Source: Takakia lepidozioides (taxonomy: Eukaryota; Plantae; Bryophyta). Taken from it: a DNA stretch of 64,000 bases. The stretch's first letter is position 1, and each line of letters opens with the position of its first letter. Shown in pieces: positions 35,832 through 48,300 of this stretch. A program made the translations under genes and the position numbers. Below the pieces are notes generated by a model. That model had not been told where the DNA came from. It was given only the letters and a program-made list of their open reading frames with translations, and made no database searches. The stretch spans positions 28,706,001 through 28,770,000 of the forward strand of contig CM060732.1 of the NCBI GenBank assembly GCA_030704615.1. Reading direction: 5' to 3'.

Positions 35832-38800
35832 CTACCCATGTGTTGTATCCCGCTGCAAAAGAGTATCGACCTCGTTGAAACTCATAGTGGCCTGGTGAAT
35901 GAAGTTGTCACGTTTGGGATCGCAAACCATCCTCTTCAAAAATATGAAATACAAATGTTTGCAGGGTATGAATTTACCTCTCTTGCCCAAACTGGTTGAT
36001 AGCATATTCACAAAATCAGGACATGTGCAATTGGGGAAATTGGAAACCGTGATGTCGTAGGTCCTGTCATGAACAGCAGATGTGGAAGTGATGATTGTGA
36101 ATACCCGACCATATCCTGGATCGGGTACTTCCGTGGTGCTTCCAACACGAGCTTGGAGCATTCTTGCGGACTCCACTTTGCCAAAGTGTTCAGCGGTTGG
36201 AGGGAAACGCCGAACGAGCTTTCCATCTCGTTTGGTTGGCCACAAGTCAAGATTTGCCGGGGGGACCCGGGAGGACGCAGAAGTAGTAGCACATGCATGG
36301 AGTTGGGGTTGTCTCGCAACGGAAAAACTTGCCTCCTCCAGCATTTCAATCTCCTGAAAGCTGAGATGTGTTCCCACCTTCACGGGCCAAACGGTTGGAG
36401 GAGATGGCTTCATCACTACGGAAGGACGCACAGTTCCATGCACACATCTGGCACAATCATCTGTCCAGAACCAGAACTTGTGGTTCTTGGCTTCTGGTTG
36501 ACCATATGGACGCATCAAGCCCGTGAAAGTCGGAGCAGGAGTTCGGGCACCACCTCTGGATATAGATGAAGTGCACTTCTCGAAATTAGTTGCCCTGATC
36601 GCTGTACATTTCACACGAGACCCTACACTTGTGCGTTCTATGTGCCAAACGTGGTCGGGGCATGCGGACTCAAGCACATCAAGGGGTTTGTTTCTCTCCT
36701 GCACCATTTCAGTGGCATTGTTTGATGTTGGAGCTTGCCGTCGTGTTGGAGGTTCCTCCACAATGGAGGTTCCGGACATGGAGCTGTCATGCAGGGGAAC
36801 ACGAGGCTTCGAGAAGTTATCACGGTCTACCCTGTGGGAATCTGAATCCGAACCAAGTGGAGTGTTCAATTTCCTCTTACAGGAGCCAAATCTCTCCTCC
36901 CCTTCAAGATGTGGAACTCTAGAAACAAGTGGCGTTCCTTGGGCATACATGCTCACCGCCCGTGCTATCTTCATTGGATCCCCAGATCTGTTTGCAGCAC
37001 GCAACATCAACTCCCATTTGTCCGGACCCTTGCCACCAATCCCACCTCGTAAGAAATCACGGTATCGGGTTTGTTGTTGCAAGGCACGTATCAAATCATC
37101 TGTTGTTGCCACATACAAATCCCTACCTCGTTTCCCAGACTGCTGCAACCATGCGTTGTGCACAGTTTCTGCCAAATTGCAAGATGGCATGTCTGCCATT
37201 TCCTCAATGGACATGTTCTGCAAAGTGCAGAACCACACTTCAAAATAGTGAACAGAAAACAACATAACGAAAGCGAGGACACAATAAAATGGAAAGCAAA
37301 TGTATGAAAAAACAATAAATATAAGCCTCGTACCAATGGCATGGCTGCTCCCCACTGTCTAAACTGGAAGTGCCAAAACGCCAGCCAATCTTCCAATGCT
37401 CTCATACTCTCAAGTGATGCAGCTCCAGAAGAGAACCACCAGGCACGAATTGTCTGGAACAAAGTGTCCGCCTCCTTCATTGTTCTAGCATCTTTGTACT
37501 CTTTGCACAATTTACGGTGTTGAGTCTGCATCTCTGGTTTGATGTCCGACTTTGTATGTTTTTTCAGAGATTGTGTTCAATGGAATAGACATGTACGCTC
37601 TCTTCCTCGCATTGGCACTTTTAGGTCGCCCAATCCGAAGACAATACGAACAGCATTGAAATTTGCTTGAGCACTATCCGCCATGAAACCTGCAAAATTT
37701 GGAGATGGCAGCCCATGGCAGCCCATGACACATATTAGGGAATTCCACATGAGCTTCTGGGATTCCGTATCCTCGGATTGCATGTCACAAACTGCAATTG
37801 TCATAACTCGTTGGTACACTGGATCGTAGACATGACAAGCCATTGTCGTCCAATCCTTCACTCGTTTCACATGATCAAACATAAGAAAACAGTTCTGCAA
37901 GTCCCCAGTCTTCTGCATCCGCTTCACGAGGCTAACCCCACTGCCCTCCCCAACAGTCGACATTTTGAAAAGAAAAACTTTGATGGCACCTTGACCTGGG
38001 AATACATTGTCCTGGATGTAATCGTACTTGCTTACTCGTTTCAATTCCAAAATATTGTCTATGTAGCCTCTGATCCCAGAGCCCATTCTCAATGCATTGA
38101 TCTGATGCCGAATGTTCGGTGAACTTAAAGTGGAGAAATGATCCATGACCAGGTCCAATGCTGCACCGTCAAGTTTAGTCCCCACAGAATCCCCTTCACT
38201 CAAAATATGGCTTTCCAAGAAGGACTTGCTTGCGCCAAGAGCAATTGCAGATGTTGTTGCGGATGGGTTTCTCCCGAACTCCTGTTTAATCAACCTCGAT
38301 ACTGTCTCAACACTCTCCCTGTAATCCCCCTTCGAGACAGGATGGTTATGGAATCCGAAATGCACACAAGCTCTTGTCATTGTTTTCAAACGGTGGACAA
38401 CATAGTACATTCTTGCTCCGCAGAGCGCCAAGCAGGATGGCACAAGTTTGCAGAATTTGCAGACGAAAGTGTTTGCCGGTGGAGGGGCAGTCCCAGGCTG
38501 AAATGGATTTTCCGCCAGACCCTCCCATTCACTTTGATTATGAACCCCAGACTGAAGAAAGTGTCTGCAATTCAAATTATCACACCTAAGGTGTCCATTG
38601 CAAACTGTCCTCCTGAAAACAAGCTTGTCATCATTCTGAATATTGGATGTTTTTATTCTGCACCACGGGTGCCCGTCGTGTTTCTTGTCCATTCCATGCA
38701 TCATGATTGTTACACCTCCAACTCGCGGAGGAGGAGGCAGCTCAAATAGGATATCGCCATCAAAAGTCTCCGGCAAGAACTTCACAGGCACCTGCTTCAA

Positions 38801-39466
38801 AGATTCCCAATCAATTCCCCGCAACTCACTTTTGAATCCAGCCATTCCTCCCATCGCCCGCAATTTTGGAATGACACTACAAATCTCTTCTTCATCAGCT
38901 TCTCCAACCACAGTAGGAAGGACTGGATTTGGAATTTCACTTATGTCATCATCGGAAGAATCCGAAAGCTCAACGATTGGAGTGGAGGACGTCTGTTCTT
39001 TTTTCACCACCACCTCCCTCTTGTCTTCAACGACCGAAGCAGCAGTCCCGGGCGTCACATATGACCCAAGGGACTTTCGCCGAGGCTCTCCAAGTACTCT
39101 GTATCGACCAGGACGCACTCTCCACTGGCTGATATGAGCCGTCTCATCACGGTTTTGGAAAGAGTATTTCAACAACTTCCCTTTAAGATCGTACACCTCT
39201 TTCTCCAAAAAGATGGAGCCATTCTGCAGCTGAAAACGGGTAGCCAAGACATGTTCCAGAACAATTGCAAATCCATTGTCAAGGACTTCCTGGGAGAACG
39301 GCACTGGTTTGTCGTCAGAGAAGAACTCTGCTTCAGAGGAAGCCATCTTCCTTCCTCGCGTACGTTTGTACCTTGCTATCGCAGATCTAGTGTAAATCGG
39401 TTTACTGATGTCTCCAGAACACAGTTGAAGAATGAGCAGAGAATATGGCGGAGGAAGCTCAGACAA
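35832..39466 (-). pseudogene. Mutator-like (MULE) transposase with N-terminal GCM-like Zn domain and C-terminal SWIM finger; one premature stop
   Basis: DDE core: FLMFDHV...FMADSAQA...TCLFH(W>stop at 37577-37579)...CNLAETVH. Phase-0 GT-AG intron at 37218-37333. SWIM: CTCPDF...CKHL. N-terminal Cys/His region GHPWCRIKTSN...CNGHLRCDNLNC...CKFC...C...HFGFHNHP. Confidence 0.85.
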
Positions 39467-40202
39467 CGACTGTGCATATTATGTTATTCTTTCCAGATAT
39501 GCAGCCGTCCATTTTAATTACTTTTCTTGTGGGCCCAGTGGTCAGAGTATCCCTAGGAGCAGTGTCGGCAGCTGTTAAACCGTTAACCAGAACCTCATCA
39601 ATAAACCCAATAACAAAGCCGACTTCCTGGAAGCATGCCACAGGATCTGAGGATGGGATTGCAGATTAAGTAAATGTATCTTTATACTACTACCAATGAT
39701 CATGCGCACCTGGAAAGTTCCAAATGTGAAACGAATGTGGGGTTTGGCTAACAAGGATGACCGTGTATGATATTCCAAGATTTGTCATCAAACTCTCGTT
39801 CATTTACATTTATTTGTGTAAGACTGTGCGCCAAGATTTCTGGGATTTGCTGTTATTTTTAAATATTGAAACCGTTCTAATAAAGAACACGCCGTTTATT
39901 TTGGGCGACACACGTCAGACATCCATAACTGAATACGAACAGCTGTACACCAATTGCTGGCATGTGCACTAATAAGGGAACGACTATGTGTAACGGTCAC
40001 GCGAGAGGGAATCCGATGCGTTTAGAGACACGCAAGAACGCAGGCAATCCCGCAAGAAATCGGGAGTCACTGCGTTTTTCTACTTTTCGCGCTTAGAGAG
40101 AGAGTGGTAGTCAAGCTGGAGAGGGTTCCTTCTACAATACGAAAGAGAAGAAAGTCTCTTTATTTTACTTCCCTTAGAGAGAGACGCAGAGCAAGAGAGC
40201 AA

Positions 40203-41500
40203 ATGACGAGGCGTCGTTTGTTGGAGAACATAGGGCCAAGGCAGCAGGTGAACGCGGAGACTGATTCAGAAGAGCAGACGGAGACTGAGGCAGCGGCTGT
40301 GACACAGTCGGCGATAAGAGTGCGTCAGCCTGTGGAGGCAGAGATGATTCGCAGGGACACTGAAGGAGGTGGAAGCACGCGGAACGCCGAACTGGGAGAA
40401 GGTCCAGAAACCCTAGAGTAGACCGAAATTCCAGCAGATGTGAGAAGGAAGAGGAAAGCTGCAGAAGGGGATTCAATTTCAAAACCTAAAAAGGCGCCAA
40501 TAAGTTTTATCTAACTTACATTTCATTGTTGAAGATATGCGTAGAGATTGAGTGGAATGTCCCAGACAGGGATTGTCGCTACCGACCATCACAAAGGTGA
40601 TTTGCTTGTCTGTCTGATTGCCTTTCAAGGAGTCCTTCCTCTTCCCTTCTTTAGCAGGAACTACTGAATTGCGAGCGTCGTTAACGCCATTCGATTCTCC
40701 TCATGAGATTTATGTACCTATGTGTTTGAAGAGAGAGTGAGGGTCGGCATACCGTCAATCATCGTTGTTCAGACCATACAGTCTGTCTGATTGCCTTTCA
40801 AGCAGTCCTTCCTCTTCCCATGCTGGCGACGGTAATCACAGTGGAGTCAATCTGAATAATCTGCACTTACTGTCCGCCCTAAACTATACTGAATGTCGTT
40901 GCCGCCAATCACTTGCACATAGATGTCATTACACAACACCGATCCGGCAGGTCGTTATCTTTTGTGATTGTCGTTAACGTCGTTCGCTATCGCTCTCGCT
41001 TTTGTTTTGAATACGGCAGTATCAGCTTTGCTTGTGTAGATTGTGCTGAATTGTTTCACACCATTCATAGTGAGTTTCTTTGAGACAAAGTGATGGTCAC
41101 TACCACCATTCACTATTTGCAAATTACTCAGTCAGAACTGAATGGCATCGTGCAGAAAACTGTGAGGTCAAAGCCTACAGGATCAGAGGGGAAAGGATCT
41201 GGAGATGGGGACGAGTCCGCAAAAAGCTCAGAGAATACAGATGAAGCAGATGAATCTGAAGTGCACTACCTTGACAAGGTGAAAGAACTCATGTCATTCC
41301 AGAAGGTAAACTCTCAGGAGGTTATAAGGGACATGCTCGTATCTGGAGGGCGTCTGGACATCCCTCTGTGCCGGATGATATCAATGCCTGTTGTGCGTCC
41401 ACCTCTTTCCCATGACATAACAAAATTGGAGAGTGATTTTGTGCATGGATATAGATTTGGTGCACAAGTTTTTTATGTGTCACTGACAAATATAAATGGG
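40203..41500 (+). pseudogene. Truncated accessory gene divergent from the MULE transposase (acidic N-terminus, possible ParB/Srx-like domain)
   Basis: ORFs 40104-40421 and 41090-41560. The segment RLDIPLCRMISMPVVRPPLSHDITKLESDFVHGYRFGAQVFYVS looks globular and is cut at ~41500 by an unrelated insertion. Confidence 0.45.
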
Positions 41501-41709
41501 AACCTAACAGAGAAAGGAAAGCCCGCAGGCTCCAACTATAGAAGGTTACAGACCGGGTAGAGATGAGGAAAGGTGGAGCGATAGAATTGAGGAAAAAGAG
41601 CGAGATGTTGCAGATCTCTCAATGCTGCAGTACGAATTGAGGACAAACAGGAAAGCAGTGCAACAACATAAGTGGAGACAGCTGCTGAAAGCGAGGAAAT
41701 GAGGGGATG

Positions 41710-42461
41710 GTAGCGCGGCCTATTGCACCACTGGGTGTATACACTCGGGTTCTTGCACGTTATGAGAGCCATGCCTGTGTGCTTGACTTTCTCCATTGGG
41801 GCGATTTTGCTAAAGTGGATTTGAGTGACGTTGTCTTTGCCGAAGACTTCCCTCAAAGCCGCTTCCGTGTTTGCTTGGGTGTGCAAGGGGCTAAGGCTTT
41901 TGACCACTAGGGGTATACTTTTAAGCAATACCTGAGCTCGTGAATTTCCTGAGCCTGGAGACCCAGCTGCTGGAGTTCCACTGTGGAGCACGTTTCTTAG
42001 ACGATTGGCAAATTTATGTCCAGCGCATGTTGCTGGAGTATTGAGTAGCCCATCCATATCTGTAGTGAAGGTCTATGGTTGGTGTGTTCGAAAATTGGCG
42101 GTGGCATATCAGGGGGGGCACCCCTGGATTTCTTTGTGTCGGAGTACGAGCTGCACTTGTCGCTGTTGATTTCCCTGGATAGCTTTTTGATGCCGGGGCT
42201 TGTTTGCGCAGCTCCACTTGACTTGTTGATTTCCGCTGACGGAGGGGCCATCCGCTGGGTGGATGGGCTGACTTTGTAAGACCTTCGCTCCGGGGGTGAG
42301 TTGACTCCATTATTCGTGGTCTCGGCCATGTCTTGAGAGGACTTGGTTTGGAATACTTGCTCGTCGGCGAAGAGTTGTTCGTCTGAGACATGCATGTCGC
42401 TGATGTCCTCATCCTCGATGATTTGCTTCACGTTCTCCGAGCCCTCCTCCTGGTGACTCAT
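41710..42461 (-). mobile_element. Probable LINE ORF1 fragment (RRM-like) with upstream 5' UTR extending to ~43330
   Basis: Disordered N-terminus (41997-42461) frameshifts into IPLVVKSLSP...ALREVFGKDNVTQIHF...HTGMALITCKNPSVY, an RRM-like pattern seen in LINE ORF1p. No ORF2 is attached. Confidence 0.5.
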
Positions 42462-44226
42462 TTTGGTCGAGTCCTGTTTGGTACATAGAGAGTGGGTGCT
42501 GGTGTGAGGATGATGGAAAACGCTATCTACCCTGACGAGCCCTGAGCGCGCGCGGTCAGGGTGACGGCATAGTAGTCTAGGGGGGGCCGAGGTAAGTTGT
42601 GGTATAGGTTGGGCTTACTGAACCGCCTACCCGACTGCGGTTAGTGCACGAGGTCGTACATGATGGCTATGATCACTATCTAAGTCCTACCGACAAAGAG
42701 AAATCACGTACTCCTCTTTACAAGGCGAGTTTATGTTTCTAAGTCCTACGGTATCCTATAATCTACTCAGTAATTGCCTTCCAAATCTTTGTGTTTTATT
42801 GTCTAATTCCTACCGCCTAGGCCCCCGAGCCGCCTATAGCCGGGACATGTTTTAATCCCTTCACAAGGCACCTACCGAGCCTAGGGAGGAGAGGGAAAAT
42901 CGTCCTCTCCCACTGCCCCTCCTTCGCTGAGGGCTTGAGTTCAAGTCACCTCTAAATGGAAGGGCCAACGCTTCCTACCCCGGTGTCTAAATACTTTGTT
43001 TTAGCAATGGAGTGGCCAAAATGCCTATCACTCAATTCAATAAGGTGGTTCTAAGCCCCTCAACTCAACAAATTCAATCAGTTTAATCAACGCCCTGCAG
43101 GCTATAACGAGCACCACGTTCATCTTACCTACTTAAGCAATTTCGCAAATCAGAAATGCTGGAAAATAAAAAAAATTAAGAAAATCAGGAAAAATACCTC
43201 CCATATGGGAAATCATGTGGGGAATCCAAAGATACCCTTGGTACCTAAAGATGCCCTTGGGAACCCTATGGGCCTATGGGAAACCAAGGAGAACCAAGGA
43301 ACACCCGGGAACCGTTCCCTGCTGCAGGGAACTGCCGCGGCCCTATCGGATGAATGAATCTTGCTGAGAGCTCATCCCTGCAACTACATTCGTTAGTCCA
43401 GAACATGCATGCGTAAATAATAAAATAACCATTGGTGGGTCCAAGCCAGATTTCACCCCCTTACATTATTTTAAGGCGTTGGTGCGCTTTCCCTCCGTGG
43501 AAAAAGTCATCCTCTACCTGGGCTCTGACACAAAACTCACTTAGTTAGAGCCGGTTTTAGGACATAGTACTTTCTCTCCTCCCTTGTCTCTCGAGGTCTC
43601 CGCGCTCTATCTCACTGCCTCAGACCCGCTTGGCTCGTCTCTTTGGAGTCCTAAGAACGCTCCCCTCCAAGCTAGCGTCCTCCCCAAATCCTAGATTTTA
43701 TCTACCATTGGCGCCTGAGCTATGGCTCATAACCCTTAGAGGGGTATAAATTTAATCTAATAGCTAAAGGTAAGAATACCCCCTTTAAGGAAATTTGTAG
43801 ACGCATTGGCCCTCTGGTTAAAAACGCCTCCGCCACGTGGCGGGCGCAGATCCGTGCTAGCGGTCCAAACCGCGGACCGCTGCGGTTAACGCCAGCGTCT
43901 CAACTTTTGTTATCCAGCGGGCAAGAACCCGCGCGCTTGCTCGCACAACGCTTTAGGGCCTCACGCCTGAGCCATGCGGCTGTTGTACTTGATCTCAGTA
44001 CGACTGAAGGTCAGTGCTGGGGCCCCGCGCCCGTACCTCGTGGCTTGGCCACGACTGCCTCCACGCTTAAGTAATCGAGTCCCTACTCTCTAGGCGCAAC
44101 ACCCGGGCTCCCTCCCGGGCTGCTCGCGGACTTTGGGGCAACTGCTGTCAAGCGAAATCAGCCCGCCAAACCCCCAAGACAAAAATACAAACCACACCCT
44201 CCCCCAGGCCTCCATGGTTTGCTAGT

Positions 44227-45314
44227 GGGGGGGGGGGGGGGGGGGGGGGGGGGATATTAGCACATGAGAGCCCTATAATGGCCTTATATCATAGATCCAG
44301 CCAGCGCCATTGGCCTGCTTTGCCAGAGCTGGCTATTTTTCATTAGTAATCAAATACAAAAATTCATTCTTCCAACAATTCAAATACAAGCCTCTATTGG
44401 TGCCCTTACCAATAGACTATGGGGGTCTTCCCCTTGTCACTTCTAGACACGAAATAATGGGACTCCACAATGCACTCTCCTCTTTTGAAGAGGCTAAATC
44501 AAATTTTCAACTTCAAGCTTTGCTTGGAAAATAAATGAATCACATACACAAATGGTGAAATGGTAAGATGGGATCAACCTTTCTATGCGAGAGTGCTTGG
44601 GATGCTCTATCGACTCAAGTAATGGTACTCTATGCGGCCTTCACTTGGGCTCTCGTCCATAAGTCCATACCAGCCCTCCTACTCGTCTCAAGTCACTTTC
44701 CTCCACATGAACTTGCCGCTCTCCTTCACAAATGAAAATGGCTCAAAGGCCCAAAGCTAGGCCATTTGCCTTAGCTTACAAGAATCCTACCTACTAGGGA
44801 GCTTCGAGCTCCACTCCCTAGGATCTAGCCCCTCCTCAAGCCAAAAAACTAGCAAGCACTACAACAACAAGCAAGAGGAAACTAAGCAAATGAGCTAGAT
44901 GAAGAATAAGAGAGCCTTGCCTCTTCTTTTATACTATTGTTGTGCCTACTAAACTAATGGAAAATATTCATTAAACTATTGTTTCCTTGGAGGATCTATA
45001 ATATACTATTCCACATGGATGAAAAATCTTAGAGGCAAATGAAAGCTGTCTTTCATCCATCCCAATTGGATGACCAGTTGGCACGAGTTGTCATTTCATC
45101 CATCCAGCTCCTCAAGGCGAATTCCAGGATTTTTCATCGCTCCCAGAAGTAGAAATGCAAATAATAGGCCTTGTGAGTGCCATTGACTCAATAATTTGGG
45201 CCTACTGCTAATCAGCTCCATGGTGAAAAACTACAATTATATACCCCGTATCAGCCTATAAATTCTCAGCTCCATCGGTGGTAAAAAGTTATTTTGTGGT
45301 ATATTTGGGAATCA
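44227..45314 (+). mobile_element. Probable polypurine tract plus orphan 3' LTR
   Basis: ~27-nt G run followed by TATTAGCAC... (TG possibly mutated) and ending ...GGAATCA at an abrupt compositional junction. No partner LTR in the window. Confidence 0.35.
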
Positions 45315-48300
45315 AATCCCTGGTGATGGCTCTGGGGCCTTTGACCCTGCCACTGAGTCATAGGTTGTCCAGAGTCCCCTCCAGTTGTCCCGCACCGCTA
45401 ACAAGTCCACGCTTTGCCATTTGAAGTCGTCCTGACCTGCTGTCGTTCCTATGCGGCCAATTGCTTTGTTGCAATATTTCATCGCTATACACGTCGCTTC
45501 CACCAATTGCCAAGCTCCTCGCCGTGTGTTCCTACTGGACTTGAAAGGCGGGAGAAAAGAGAGATGACAATCTAGGACTGGAACAGTCGTCTTATATTGT
45601 TTGAACAGGATTAACTTGCCGTTTCTGGTACCGAATTGGCAGCCTAATATGCTGTCGATGCAGCTTCCTACGGTCATCTTGACGCCAAAGTTTCTCTCCA
45701 TGGTCGTCTCAGACACTGTCTAATTTCCTACGTGCTTTACCAACGATTTCCAGACAACTAACAAACTAACATTTTTTGGCAGTACAATGCCGAAACCGCT
45801 TGTCTTATGATAAAAAAACGATCTGAAAAAAAAAGTGTACCAATATATGCATCTACATACCCTCAGCTGAATTTGCTTTGATTGAGTCCTGGATATGCTA
45901 GAGAGGTGGATGCAGTGATAGAGTATACTAGTGGGAGCTGCGACGTGTAGTTTGGTGCGAAACAGCGGTGTGATGTCGTAGAGAGGATGAGGGAGCGAGG
46001 GCTTGTGGCAAAGGCAGCTACCTTGGTGCGTTTGGCTGTTACTATATAGAGGGGTGGCGCCTTGTATCAACAGATAGTTTGTAATTGTCATGGGGACAGA
46101 TCCTTTATTGTAGAGCCAGTATGAAGAGTGATGAGTTTTAAGAGAGGTAGTTATGTGGTGAGGCAGGGATGGCTGATGCCCTGATTTTGTATGGGATAGA
46201 GGGTGTCGTGGGTTATTTTGGTGGCGGATAAGTATGAAGGAACTGGCAGGTGCATGGGTATAAAGAGACACCAAACGTGCGGGGGTAGAGGGTATATCTG
46301 CCGCTGGCATTGCCATTACGTATGGGAGGGAGGGATAAAGCCGTTTGGAGGGGGTGCAAATCTTGCAGATGTTGTTTATGGAGCTAACTGTGTTTTGGGG
46401 GTAAGCTGGATTGGTGGGGGTGTAGTAGAACTGTTGTGGTGTAATGGGGTGTAATGGAGGATTTAAGGGGGTATCATGATTTTGGCTGCATGGTGGCTGG
46501 AGGTTTGGATTAAGGTGCAAGTTTAATGTAAGTGGAGAGGCCAGGATATAATGGGCAGTGTGGGCTGTGTCAGGGGTGAATGTTGGGCCAGGTTTGGGGT
46601 TCATTGAGGGTTTGTGCATGTGGTGATTAACATCCAGTGATTTGGTGACTGGTGAGATGGGCCTTTGGGTGGTTCGCTGAGTAAGTGGGGGTGAATATTG
46701 CAGGGAGGGTTGAGGTTTCATTGATGAGCTCACCATATACAAGGAAGTCTTTGTTGTAATTTTAATGCTTTGTGGCAGGCCTTTAGGTGCAGGAGCACCT
46801 GTTGTGTTGACGTACGTGAGGTTATTTAGGGGGTACATATGTATGTCAACGTCTTGTATATGGGTGGGTATGGAGTATTGGATTATTAGTTGTGGAGTGC
46901 AATAGGGGGTGTTTGGGGGTATTTGTCTGGATGTTTCCAGATTGTGTATATCCCTAGTGCCAGATTTTGTAACTTGAAGAGATGTCTCAGTGGTTATAAT
47001 TGTGTGCAGTAAGGGTGAGTTTAATGGAAGTGTGCCACGTGAACAGTAGCAGATAATTTATCGGAGGCTTGGGTTGTGGCACTATTTTGAGTATATTGTA
47101 TATGATGTTTCAGAGATGAATGTGGCCAACTCAGATATTGGTGGATGGGGGGGACCCCCATATCCTTTACAGGATTAATTAAGAGTGTGGGGCTCACACC
47201 TAGCAGTGTGGTGCAAGATAGTGTGTTGAGATAGTGACGTAATTGTATCGATAATAGATAGTTGAACTGTGAGCAAGCAGAAGTATATGGGTGTGCCATC
47301 CAGCACCCCAGAGAATTGCGGGGGTGATATAGGATGGCCTTGGTGTGTTGCCAGAGTAAAGAACACAGGATACATAGCCCAGGGGGCGGGGGAGTACTTC
47401 TTTGTTTGTTATGAGTATACTTTGAGTGCCACCGGGGGTGGCCTTTACGGTAGTGTGATTGTAAGGTCTGTCACCGCTTGGCCCTGGCTGGGCCAAGGGA
47501 AAGTTGTGGTTACAGTATATGACTGTGTTGCCTCTGTGGTGGGTGTCCGTCGTATCCTGTTGTGGTCTTGACATGTGGAGGGGGAGTCGTCTGTGAGGTG
47601 TCACTGCAGGGCAACCATATAGTGATGAGTCATATGAAATTCTGTGGGCTACTGCAGCAGAACGCAAGGAGTAATGAAGAGGACCAAGATGCCCAGTTGT
47701 GTAGCCATTTACAACAGGGTATAGCGATTGGGAGAGGTAGGGGATAGGGTCCACACCTGATATCTGACTTGTTGGGGGGTAGTGGTAGGCTGCAGCACGG
47801 GTGTCGAAGGCCACTTCGCTGTAGACTCTATATCGGCACTGTGGGAGAGAGGGAGAGGAGATTGAGTTATCTGATCAACAGAGGGAGAGGTGTAGAGGCA
47901 GACCTCCTGTGGAGGTGAGTTATGACAGGGTCATGACTTGCTTTATGGGTGTAGTGGCGAAGGTGCCCTGTATGGTGGGATCTCTTGGGTTTGTGACTGG
48001 ATCTGTGCCCCTGCCTGCAATTGACCTGCGAGTGAACATCAGAACCTAGCCTCTGGGCCATTATATGAAACCCATATTGATAGTATGATACCACTGTTAG
48101 GGAGAAGAGGGAGCTGTGTGAGAGGGGGGTAGTGTGTGGCAGGTAGGAGTTTGTGATTTGAGAGGTAGAGGAGATTGCGTATGAATTTTAGAGGTAAGCA
48201 TTCGAGATAGAGTGGAGCTGGAGTGATAACTAGGATGCAATTGCCCTAGTTGGATTGGGTCCATAATCTGAGAGAGATAGAGGAGTGGGGTACCTGAGGG

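Noticed and set aside
30007-39137. Many antisense ORFs over the chromovirus and MULE genes
   Set aside because: Shadow frames of real coding sequence with no independent motifs.
45720-46838. 372-aa ORF as a genuine protein
   Set aside because: His/Pro/Thr-rich with no motif; explained by compositional strand bias that reduces stop codons.
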